Positions 13,204 to 23,315 of a DNA stretch of 64,000 bases are shown here, piece after piece. Made by a program: the position numbers and the translations under genes. Position 1 is the stretch's first letter. Each line of letters begins with the position of its first letter. Below the pieces are notes generated by a model, which was given only the letters and a program-made list of their open reading frames with translations, did no database searches and had not been told where the DNA came from. The stretch comes from Moniliella sp. 'wahieum' (lineage: Eukaryota): NCBI GenBank assembly GCA_003971905.1, contig RSEE01000056.1, forward strand, positions 124,001 through 188,000. Reading direction: 5' to 3'.

Positions 13204-15431
13204 CTACAGTGGTGCGCCTTTCCGGACGGAGCGCAGGAGATGGAGGGCCTTGACAACGTTCTGAGCAAACGTGTGGGCAGACGCAGTGGACTTCTTAGCC
13301 TCGATACCAACTTGAGCAACTTAGATCCGGCGAGGTAGTTGCCAGCCGTACCGTTGGGTACAGCGCCAAAGCCGGTACCGGCAATGCGGTCGCCGGCACT
13401 CAGGCCCGACGTGGACAAGGTCCAAGTCTGACTGGCACCCAACGCTTCGTCTGCCAAGAGTGCTGGCACGGGGCCGTCGCGCGCAGGGTCAAATACCAGT
13501 CGCAAGCCGAGAATGTGACGGTCGATTCCCCTTGCCAAAAGCTCGAGTCGAGGGTCTGGCAGTATGTGCGGAGCAAGTTTTGACCAAGGCGTGTACAGTT
13601 TGGCCGCATCAGGCTCAGCTTCGGTATGCTTTCTTCTCCGGCCAGCAGGTCGCGGACAAACTCGTAGCTCTCAATTGAAAAGGAACGAATGACGTCGGTC
13701 CGCCGCCGTTCTTGAAGAAGCGGGTTGAGGCCGTCTCGTATGTAGGAGTCTGACTGCCATACGTCAAGGCCATAGCGACTTGAAGCACGGTTTGGAGGTA
13801 AGCGTCCGGGCTGACCTTGGCCACCTTCTGATCCACTCGGCACCGTACTCGTCAAACCAAAGTACGCGAGCGCATCACTTTCCACTGCCATGGCCAGTGC
13901 TTTACGGGTGGCTTGGTCAATCGCTTGCGTCAAGCTAGCATCCACATCAAAGTCTCTCCGCACAAAGTGGGCCGAAGCGAGGGAGATGTCAGCCTTGGGG
14001 GTCGAGGGCGAGTCGGGGAAGGGCTGGGTGGGCGGAGTGGCAGGAATAGCAGAGGCATAGTCCGCCATGATACCCGGAATCAACGCATCGACAGGAGAGT
14101 GTTCCCCCATCACGCCTGCACGTCCGTTCGGCTCGACAATCAGTGTCACGGCCTTATCAAACCAGCGGTTCTGTCCGCCGCGGCCTGTACCATTCTCGTT
14201 GCGCACATGCGCACTGAGCCAGGCAGGGGACGCGGCCATGGTCGCCTCGCTTCCCTGGGGAGAAGGTAAAACCGAAGTGTCGATGGCCAGGGCAAAGAGA
14301 GAACGTTGGATCGACTGAACCGACTCGACGTTTTGCTTCGACCCGTAGCAGTTCTTCCCTCTTGACAGCCCAGGTGTCACGATCGTCGCTGCTCAGCACG
14401 CCGACCCCTGGGCCATCGGGACGAGTCTTGGCGTCAGCGACAAGCGCCTTGAGTCCATCCTCGATCGCTTGAGGGGAGAGGATCTTGCCCGTTTCAGGAT
14501 CAATCACTTGCAGTTCATAGTAATTGTTGCGAATGGAGACGGTGATGAAGTAGGCTGGAGGGTCAGATTCGACGGCCTGAGAGACGGGCACGGTAGGCGG
14601 CGCAGGGCGTGTGTTCCAATCGTGAGGGAGCGCAGGGATGCGCGTGACGCCATACAAGTTGGCATATTGGTTCATGCAGAACGGTCCGGCACGCGTCACA
14701 TCCGGAGCAAGAATTTGAGCATCGAGGCGAAGCTTAAACTCAACGTAGCGCCATGTGAGCCAGGCGGCACGGCGCAGACCCAAGTCCAAGTTGTCCCAGT
14801 TGGCCGGACCCAAGAGGGCGCTGGTATCGATGGCTTGGTCGGGAGCGTTGGCTAGCTCGGCAAGCGATACAAACTCATCGCCGGCGTGGGCGACATCGGC
14901 CTCGGACTGGATGTTGGTGTCGGGAGCAAACATGAACCACCAGTTGGATGGATGAGGAGCGGGACACGCCACTCGTGGTAGGCCTTTTGGAGCCAGAACC
15001 GATCGTCCAGCCAGTTATCGGGGGTGGAGGCATCGACGTCACGCAGACGCAGCTGCAGAGTATGGGCAATGCTCTTGTCGGACAAAAACTCCTCGGCCCA
15101 GGCCTTGCGCTTGGCCAGCTCCGAGGCGGCAGTGGCGCCAGGCGGCAGCTGGCCCAGCTCCTCCTGCTGGGCAAAGATGGGCTCAAGCGACTTGAGGTAC
15201 TTGGCGACGGTCTGCTCCAGGGGCGGCAGAGGGAGGCGAGGCAGCGCGTGCTGGTACTGGAAGGTGCTGGGCGCGGGCTTGTCCTCGGCGCGGCGGGCGA
15301 GTGACGGACAGACGGGCGGGCTGGGCCGGGTGGAAGAGACGGCGGGGCGCGGGGGCGAGGGCGAGGGCGCGCAGCACGCGTGGCCGGGCGGCGAGGGCGG
15401 GCGCAGAGCAGGCGGCAGCAACCGACAGCAT
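13204..15431 (-). CDS. CAT2: Carnitine O-acetyltransferase (choline/carnitine acyltransferase family), mitochondrial presequence; frameshifted
   Basis: TFQYQHALPRLPLPPLEQTVAKYL, DNWLDDRFWLQKAY, PFCMNQY..LYGVTRIP, NRWFDK, GEHSPVDA, SPDAYLQ, TYETASTRFF, GIDRHILGL, WTLSTS. Confidence 0.92.
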
Positions 15432-15780
15432 GGGGCCGAGCGGTGGGGGGGGAGCGGTGGGGGGAGGCCAGGCCGAGGGAGGGTTAGCCCATTAGCACCA
15501 ATTGATCGTCCCTTTGCGCCACAGCGGCCACCTCGCCCGGGTGCAGCCGGCCCGGAGGAAAGAGTACGTTCGATTAACCCCGCATCTGCGTGTGAAAGCA
15601 CCTCGCCTGCTGCTGATAAACCAGAGGAGTGACCAGTGACCCGTGAGCCAGGTGACGTAATGTCATGGTCACGTGGCCGTGTTGTGTGTGCTGCGCTCGG
15701 CACGCGTTGGGTTGGATTGAATATTGACGCGTCGCAGGCAGCCCGCAAGGCGTCGTGTGCTGTGCCACCACCGCCGCTGC

Positions 15781-18186
15781 ATGGTCATCATCCGCTCCCC
15801 GCCGCCCAGCAAGCGCGCTGTTGTGCGTGCACCTGCGCCCGCCGATGACGCCCCTTCGAGTGGGCGCCCTTGGCAGTGAGGGCCCCTCCTCCCGCTCTCC
15901 GCGTTTCCCGCTCTGCCTGCTGCTGCCCCGCCGCCCCGCTCGACCCGATCCTCCTGCCGCCCACTCCAAGCCGACGCCCTCCTCCAGCGCGGACACGCCA
16001 GGCTCCGAACGAGAGAGAACGCCCAGCACGGACCCGCTTGAGCACCGGCCGCCGCCCGCACGCGCCCGGCACGTGGACAATCGGCCGCTGCCCACGCTCG
16101 CCCACGCCTCTTCTCGTGTGGAGGAGGATGCGGATGCTGAGCGTCCTCCCCCCCCGCGGCACACTGACAATCGGCCGCTCCCTACACTGGCAGCTTCGCC
16201 GCGCGAAGCTCCTCCTCGCGACCGGCTTCCGTCGCTTGGTTCGATTGCCGCGTTGAACCGTGCGCGGGACCCGGTACAGGACTGGCACGAACGTGCCTCG
16301 CCCGAAAGAGCCCCTACCTCCAGTCCTCAAGTACCTTCCTCGGTACGCGGTCGATCTCAAGTCTCGTCTGTCACGCCCGATACGAGACGTACCCCTGCGC
16401 GTCTGTGTCCTCCCGCTGCACCCGCTGCACCCTCAGCTCCACTTGCACTTACCCGTTCCACTCCGTCCAGTGCGACGGCTGTGAAAGTCGAGGTCACACC
16501 CACGCCCACCCCGGAAGGGGGAAACGAAGATAAGAGCATCGTGATTCACCCAGGTACGTTTTTTTTTTGGCTCGCATCGATGCGATGCGATGATGCGATC
16601 TGATCCGAAATCGGATCCTGCTAGGCTAGCCGTCCTAACTTTTCTTCTGCAGACTCGCCTGCTGAGCCCACTCCTAAACCCAAGCCGTCCAAGATCAAGC
16701 CCCCCTCGGTGGTTATGACGCCCCACGGTGCGCATGCTACGCCGACGGCGCGTCGAACGCCCGGGACGGCGCATCGGCTAGAACCGGCCGCGAGGACGGC
16801 GCGCATTGAGGCGCATGAGCTTGCGGACCTGCGGCGGCGCGTTCAGGCTCTGGAAAGGGGAAAAGGCCGAGCTGAACCAAACGCGGGACCACAACTGAAA
16901 GAAGAATGTGAGGGGTGGGAGTCCGAGGTGGCACGACTGGAGGCGGAAGTGGCCAACTCGGTAGCAGCTCAAAATAAAGCCGGTCGCACCATTCGCTCGC
17001 GCTGTCTGCTTCGCGCATGGCTAATGCTCACTCCACCATCAAGACCCTCATGGCTGCCAACCAGGTGCGGGAAGCGGACATTGCTCGTGTGGGAGCAGAA
17101 ACCCGGGCGAGCTACACGCAAGCAAGGATGGAGGAACTGTACATGGTGCTGGAGCAAGAACGTGCTGAGGCAGCACAAACTGTGACACGTGTGCGCTCCG
17201 AAGCTCGCATGGCAGTGAAGGCGGAGCGTGCTAAAGCGAAGCAGTCCAATGCGTCCGTACATGCTCAAGAACAAAAGGAACTGGTCGCGTTGATTGAGCA
17301 AGTGGATGCATTAACGAGCCAAGTGGAGCAAGCCCAGCGGGCCGAGACCGATTGGAAGAAAAAGGCGCAGATGCAGGATAAGAAGTTAGACGAGCTCAAG
17401 AAGCAAGTGAAGAAACTCAAGGCTGACTTGGCTTCGAAGCCAACATACTTCGACTCGGATGGGCCCCGCTTTGTTGATACAGCAACTACGCCGGCTCGAC
17501 CGCTTGATTGGAGGAAACGCACTACGCGGCAAGAGGAGGACGCGGACGAGGACGAGGAAGAGGAAGAGGCCGAGTCGGCCGTGGAGCCCGATCCGGAACC
17601 TCCCAGTAGCCCACCTGCCAAAAAGCCCAAAGCCCGTCCGGCTCCCAAGGCGGCCACCTCTCGAGCTGGGACCAAGGCGCCTAGGGGCAAGAAGCGTCCT
17701 TCTCTGGACCCTGAGGAAGAGGAAGAGGAGGAGGAGGAGCAAGCGTTTTGAAAAGCCAATTCCGCGCGGGAGAGAAAAGCTTCTGGGACCAAACCCTCTC
17801 GCGCAGCTACACGAACCGCCAAGCCCCCAGCCAAACGAGCTGTCAAGACGCAAACAGCCACTGAGAAGGCGGCTGAAGCATTTGCCCTCGAGGCGAAAAG
17901 TCAGTTGTCCTGCCCCGTGCAATGAGGAATCGTGATCCGCTTCCGCAAGTCACCGAGACGCTGGACCCAATGCCCAGCTGGACGAGCCCAAGGCGGTACC
18001 TACTCTGCAGGGCAAAAAGAAAAACGCCGTCTTTTGGGGGGAGGCGCGGCGCTTGGATCGCAATTCTTATCGTCCGACTCGGCCCCGTCGTCCTTCCTCC
18101 CTCTCGAACTGAGTCCTGTCAAGCCCACGTCAAGCCGAGGCAAAAGGGTGGGTCGTCCGGGTTGTCGCTGTTTGGGTAACCGGTGA
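15781..18186 (+). CDS. Hypothetical protein: Pro/Ser-rich N-terminus, central coiled coil, acidic and Lys-rich C-terminus (probably nuclear); intron ~16554-16652
   Basis: Chain of + ORFs 15755-16603, 16709-17185, 17017-17751 and 17932-18186 with E/K/A/Q heptad-like composition; KEKRRLL and LELSPVK near the end. No family recognised. Confidence 0.6.
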
Positions 18187-18847
18187 GGGGAGAGGAGAGG
18201 GGCACGGCTTGCCCCCCGCTTTTGGTTCTGTTCTGTTTTGCTTGTTGTTGGCATGCCTTTTTGATGCTTGGCCTTGGGCCTTTTGCTGGTCCGATCTGAT
18301 CCCGATCCTGATTTCGATTTCCATCCGATCCTCCCGCGCACCCGGTCGCCCGGCGCTGTGTGTATACCGCCTGTACTATGAACACGTCTCTGTGCTAGTT
18401 GCGCGGTCCTTGGGTGTGTGTAAGACGGCAGGCGAGGAACGGGCCATAGGAGGGCAGTGGTACTGGAATCCTGCAGACCGCCTCGGGCTCAGGCCGAAGC
18501 AGTCGGGAGTCGTGATGCCAATGGCCACTGCCGACGGTGTGTGGCTCCCTTCACTAGTCCTAGGCCTTGCCAGGTTAATGGGGCGCTGTGGATGCATGTC
18601 ACATGGCATGTCACGTGCCCCGAGGCAGGGTGCAAGTTGCAAGCCAAGAGCACGCATTCCCATTGAAACATTGCACACTAGCCCCTCGGTAGGGTTGGAT
18701 GCGCCGCTGAGAAGCGGCATGGGGCGCGTGTGCTAATTATTGCGCCGTGGAAATGCGGCGGCGGCGGGAGCGCAGGCTCGGGTGGGTGCACGCCCTAAGC
18801 TACGTTGGCCGCCAGGCTTCGTCGGCCTGCCTACCACCCACCGTCAC

Positions 18848-19417
18848 GATGATCATTCCCAAGGACAACCGCAAGAAGATCTACTCGGAGCTGATCCAGG
18901 AGGGCGTCCTCGTCGCCCCCAAGGACTTCGAGACGACCCACCCTTACTTGGAGCTGCCCAACCTCCAGGTGGTCAAGGCCGCCCAGTCGCTCACCTCGCG
19001 TGGCTACCTCAAGACCCAGTTCAGCTGGCAGTGGTACTACTACATACCCCACCCTCACCCCGGAGGTTCGTATCTTTCCCCTCTTGTCCTGTCGTATTAC
19101 AACTCGACGTGCTTGCTTGCTTGCGTTTGCTTGCTTGTTTGCGTTTGCCTGCGGTTAGTTTGGTTGGGAAACTAACCCCCCCTCTCTTACCAGGGTCTGG
19201 ACTACCTCCGCGAGTACCTCCACTTGCCCGCTGAGATTGTGCCTGCGACGCACAAGCGCCCGGCTCGCCCGGCGCGCGCTGGCCCCCCCACGGGTGCCCT
19301 GGCGCGTACCGTGCGCCCCGCCCGGACCGTGGCGAGTACCGCCGCAAGGAGGAGGGTGCGCCCGGCGACTACCGCCCGCGCTTCTCGGGTGCCGGTGCTC
19401 GTCCCCCCCGCGCCTAA
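18848..19417 (+). CDS. RPS10: 40S ribosomal protein S10 (eS10); intron 19066-19193
   Basis: MIIPKDNRKKIY..EGVLVAPKD..PNLQVVKAAQSLTSRGYLKTQFSWQWYYY, then GLDYLREYLHLPAEIVPATHK..EYRRKEEGAPGDYRPRF; GTTCGT..CTAAC..CAG intron. Confidence 0.97.
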
Positions 19418-20275
19418 GCTACAGGCATTCATTCCATCGAGGTGTGAGCAGGGACGATCGGTGATCAATCGTTCACCCTTAAAGCTTAATCGCCGGTCGC
19501 TCTCGACTCGTATCCTCGAAACGGTATGGCTCACCCCTGAACTAGGTGCGCGCCAGCTTGGGGCTCGATGCTCGACCTGTAGTACCCCGTAAGCTGCCCA
19601 AAAGCATGTGCCTGTCAATCATGCCCTTTGTTACATTTTGTCTGTGTGAATATTGAACGCAGTCGCTAGGTGCTCTGCGGTCGGTAGGAAGACGCCTAGA
19701 AAGGTTGTTGGCGCGAGCGAGGCGAGGCGGGGTGGAATTGATGGTGGCGTACAAATCAATAAAACTGGAAGCTTGTCAAGATCACAGTTGAACGTTGATT
19801 AATGCTGCGCCAGGCTGTGCTAGCACAGCCAGCACCGCCTCCCCAGCCGCCCACCGGGCGCTCGGTGGTTGTTCGCGTGGCCCAGGCGCTGTACGCTGTA
19901 CGCCGTACGCTGTATGCTGTATGCTGCGATCCCCGACTGCACCTCTCGCTCGGAGGGTCACCACCACTCTCGCCGGTCGCCGGTCGCCCCGTGTGGAGAC
20001 ATCGGGTGGCTCGTGCTTTGGCCCAACGTCCCTTGATCAGTTCCTCCGCAGGCCTAGGAGTTCCGTTCCATAGTCTTCTCTTGCTCTTTCCTTGTTCCGA
20101 CGTTTAGCCCCTGGTAGCGACTGGTTGCTTGATGCATGCTCCTCTGTAGGCGTTGCTGGTTTGCTTAGACCACCACCACCACTACCGCCAGTGCGATTGT
20201 ATCACTCTCGAGGACGATCCGGCCTCCGGACTGCAAGTCTCATCATCAGGTCACCCCGCTCTCCCCAGCACAATA

Positions 20276-22207
20276 ATGCCCTCGGTGGTGATCGTCAACG
20301 ATACGCTTGTCCCGTCGCACATTGCGCTGAAGCAGCTCAGTCCTCTGTACTACCACAACAACGTGCCTCCTGGAGGCCATTGCATTTTCCATCCTGGCAA
20401 AGTATTCTTTACTGTGGAAGCGCGCCTGGCGCGTGTAGCCAAGGAAGGAGAGCGGAGCGAGAACGAGTACAATGCGTGGCAAACGTACGTTCCTATCGTC
20501 GGGTTCACCCTTGCTGCTGTCAGTCTCGGAGCTGGGGCGATCTACGTCGCGAGCGCAGCGACAGCTGCTGGTTCGGTTGCTGGGACCGTAGCGGCGATCA
20601 GTGCGGATGTGGCGACGAAAGCGCCGACGCTGCGACGGCTGTACAAGTATGCCAAGCAGGGTCAGCGGGTTGTGCAGGTCGGGCAAGTGATTGGGATGGG
20701 GGGAGGTGCTGGGGCGGTGGCCAAGGCGGCTTTTCCAGAGAACAAGGTGCTTGGCACGATACTTTCCTGGACCGAGTCGGGTCCCAAGGGCAAAGGACCT
20801 GCACCTGCTTCTGTGCCAGTGGGCATGTCTCCTGCGCCCAGCACGGGCGGGAAGGGTACGCAGGCCTTAACGACGAGGGCACAGCAACATGTTACCAATG
20901 TCCTGCACGGCTTGCTGCAAGGCTCGGTGCTCAAGAGTTATGGATGGTACATGAGTCACGACCGGCTTCTGCGCATTGAGGGGGGTCCGCGTGCGGCTGA
21001 AGTAGATGGGTATCTGGTGATTGAAACGGACACGTTCCAACCGTTCCGGGTAGTCAATGAGCGGGGCAAAGTGCTCGCTACGGGAAACGAACAGGTCCCT
21101 CTGTCCAAGCAAACGGACGCATTCTCCGACCGGAAAGAGTATCCTCCTGGGTACTCGGTGGAAGACCCGCATGGTTCGGCAAGTGGTGCCAGCAGCATAC
21201 CAACCGATCGCGATCCTGCCCCGAAGAACGTGCCATGGCAGGACAGAGCAGGAGATGCGGGTACCTCTATGGAAAGCAAAGCGGAATGGGGGGAGTACCT
21301 GAGGCAGCAGGCGCTGGTGGAGACGAAAGGGCAAGAAAACAAACAAGATGAGGTGGAGTTGGGTTGGGAAGAAGACGGGATCCCTCCTGAAGTTTTGGCC
21401 GCGTCGATCCGCGATGCACAAGAAGAGTGGGAGCCCTATGCGCATCTGCTGGATGCAGAGGAGCAAGACAGTCTCTATTACGAGCCTGCTTTCTGCTTTC
21501 CCCCTCTGGACGGGGAGAAGGACAAGCAGATGGAGAGCGGGCCGCCTGCGATTCCTCCACGCCCTCGGTACAAGAAGGAAACGATGGATCGCACCTATGC
21601 CCAGGTGAACTCGGAGGTGGATTTGCCCCCCTCGCTCTACTTGGAACCCACGCCGTTAGAAAAGTTGATCGAAATGGGGTACACGTACGACGAAAGTCGT
21701 ACGGCGCTCGAACTTAACCACGGCGATCTGGTACGAGCACTGGAGAGCTTGTTACTACAAGAACCAGAAGCGGGAACTTATGCGACCGACCACGATCCAA
21801 CTTCGCAACCGTTCGTCGCACGTTCTTCCCCTGCCTTCGACCTAGCGCCTATGGAGCACGGTGCGGCCCAGACGGCACCTTGGGGCACGCCAGCGTCCGG
21901 CCGCATACTTCCCATCCAGAATCCGAACATGCTCTCGCAGCATGAGGAAATGCCATGGGTCAGTCGCGCCTCGGACCAGGCTAGTAAGGGGTTGGCTACG
22001 CTCGAGTCGACGCCGTATGTGGGTACGTTTGCGCGGACGGCCGTATCGGGCCTGCGGTCTCATGGCGAAGCGTGGCTCCAAGGCAACCGCACCGGTCCAG
22101 GGGCCAAGCGCAAGATCGCCTACCGTGCAGCTCAATCGGCGATTCGTAACCCTGCCTCTTGTACACCTACCACTTCGCGCGCACCCACCTTGCCTCCTCG
22201 ACCGTGA
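20276..22207 (+). CDS. Uncharacterised protein with Gly/Ala-rich hydrophobic segment, PPxY motif and UBA-like domain
   Basis: Uninterrupted ORF (MPSVVIVNDT...). LEKLIEMGYTYDESRTALELNHGDLVRALESLL fits the UBA pattern (MGY loop, LL end). Also IVGFTLAAVSLGAGAIYVASAATAAG and YPPGY. Confidence 0.8.
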   Translation: MPSVVIVNDTLVPSHIALKQLSPLYYHNNVPPGGHCIFHPGKVFFTVEARLARVAKEGERSENEYNAWQTYVPIVGFTLAAVSLGAGAIYVASAATAAGSVAGTVAAISADVATKAPTLRRLYKYAKQGQRVVQVGQVIGMGGGAGAVAKAAFPENKVLGTILSWTESGPKGKGPAPASVPVGMSPAPSTGGKGTQALTTRAQQHVTNVLHGLLQGSVLKSYGWYMSHDRLLRIEGGPRAAEVDGYLVIETDTFQPFRVVNERGKVLATGNEQVPLSKQTDAFSDRKEYPPGYSVEDPHGSASGASSIPTDRDPAPKNVPWQDRAGDAGTSMESKAEWGEYLRQQALVETKGQENKQDEVELGWEEDGIPPEVLAASIRDAQEEWEPYAHLLDAEEQDSLYYEPAFCFPPLDGEKDKQMESGPPAIPPRPRYKKETMDRTYAQVNSEVDLPPSLYLEPTPLEKLIEMGYTYDESRTALELNHGDLVRALESLLLQEPEAGTYATDHDPTSQPFVARSSPAFDLAPMEHGAAQTAPWGTPASGRILPIQNPNMLSQHEEMPWVSRASDQASKGLATLESTPYVGTFARTAVSGLRSHGEAWLQGNRTGPGAKRKIAYRAAQSAIRNPASCTPTTSRAPTLPPRP

Positions 22208-22984
22208 GCGTGAAGCGTGAAGCTTGATGCTTCAAGGTCAATAAGCTTGACTTAGGCTTTCTTGTTGCATGGTTCTTTCGCTTCGCCGCCCACGAGGCAC
22301 TGAGAGTAACACCTGGATCTGACCGCCACAAAAGGACTTTTTTGACGCTGCATGTACGATGCATCCGTCTGTGTACTTGATCGGATACCAATTCCATTTC
22401 CAGATATATATCCCATCGGCCCGGTATATCTGTGTGCAGTTAGCCAATGTACAGCCGAGCGGGTCTGTGCGCTGATAAAAAAACAAATGGGTTGCAAAAG
22501 GAATCGATCACGCGAAGCCCTCATTGAGGTTTCGGTAAATCAAAGACGGGCGCTCTATCTGAGCGGCTCAGCGCATCTCAGATACGCATGTATTTCTAGA
22601 GGGACAGGATGTTGTCCACTATACCACTCTCTCTTCAAAATGTATGCTGTTCGTCCGGAGAGGGCGTTGGGTGCGCTTTTGTTGGCACTTGGCTTTCTGG
22701 TCGCATTGGCTGGCTCCTGTTCCGGGCTGCGGCGTCGAGATGGTCCGACACAAGGCTAAGGCCCACCTGCTCTGCACATGCCCAATAGAGCGTGCACCGC
22801 AGGCTAACCAAGTGTGATGATGGTTGGCTAAATTAGGTACCGTGGCCGAAGGACCATCCAGCAGCGCGACAATAGTCCCCCCCCCACAAGTCCCAAGTCG
22901 GTTGTGGCCTAAATGAGGCCACCGAGCTTCCGGTATCCTTGCGACGGCTGCCGACTCTCTCCCCGGTTCCTTTCAGTGGCATAT

Positions 22985-23315
22985 AATAATAGGCTGGTGC
23001 GCTCGCTTACACGACCAAATGAATCCTGGTACGAACCCTCAGACGGACAATTGTAGCCTGGTGCGCACCCTGAGACCTACAACTGTCGCCTGGGGCGCTG
23101 TTGCTGGCTGAGACAAACTTCTGATCCTAACGAGGCGGACTGCCGGCGGGAGCGCTCACTGAGACAGATCATAGATCACTGCCAGCTGGTGCGCCCGCGT
23201 CTAAGGTTAGTACTTAGTTGGGAGCTGAGGCGAAGCACTGTCGCCTTTTGGGCCCGCCCGCTGAGTCGGCTTGTGGCGACAGACTGCCCCCTGGTGCCTC
23301 CCTCTGACAGAGACC
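22985..23315. repeat. Degenerate array of ~8 copies of motif ACTGYNNNCTGGTGC-N5/6-CTGAGAC; first four cores spaced exactly 32 bp
   Basis: CTGG cores at 22994, 23026, 23058 and 23090, then ~23147, 23186, ~23245 and 23291; no ORF >60 aa covers it in the supplied track. Confidence 0.7.

Noticed and set aside
23055..23180. GGTGC/GGGAGC...CTGAGA and a nearby CTGATC resemble the 5' half of a TPP riboswitch
   Set aside because: No P5 GGNTAATNCC/GCGNAGG half and no thiamine gene nearby; an Infernal RF00059 search would settle it
22985..23315. CRISPR-like repeat/spacer appearance
   Set aside because: Repeats too degenerate, spacers too short, eukaryotic context, no cas genes
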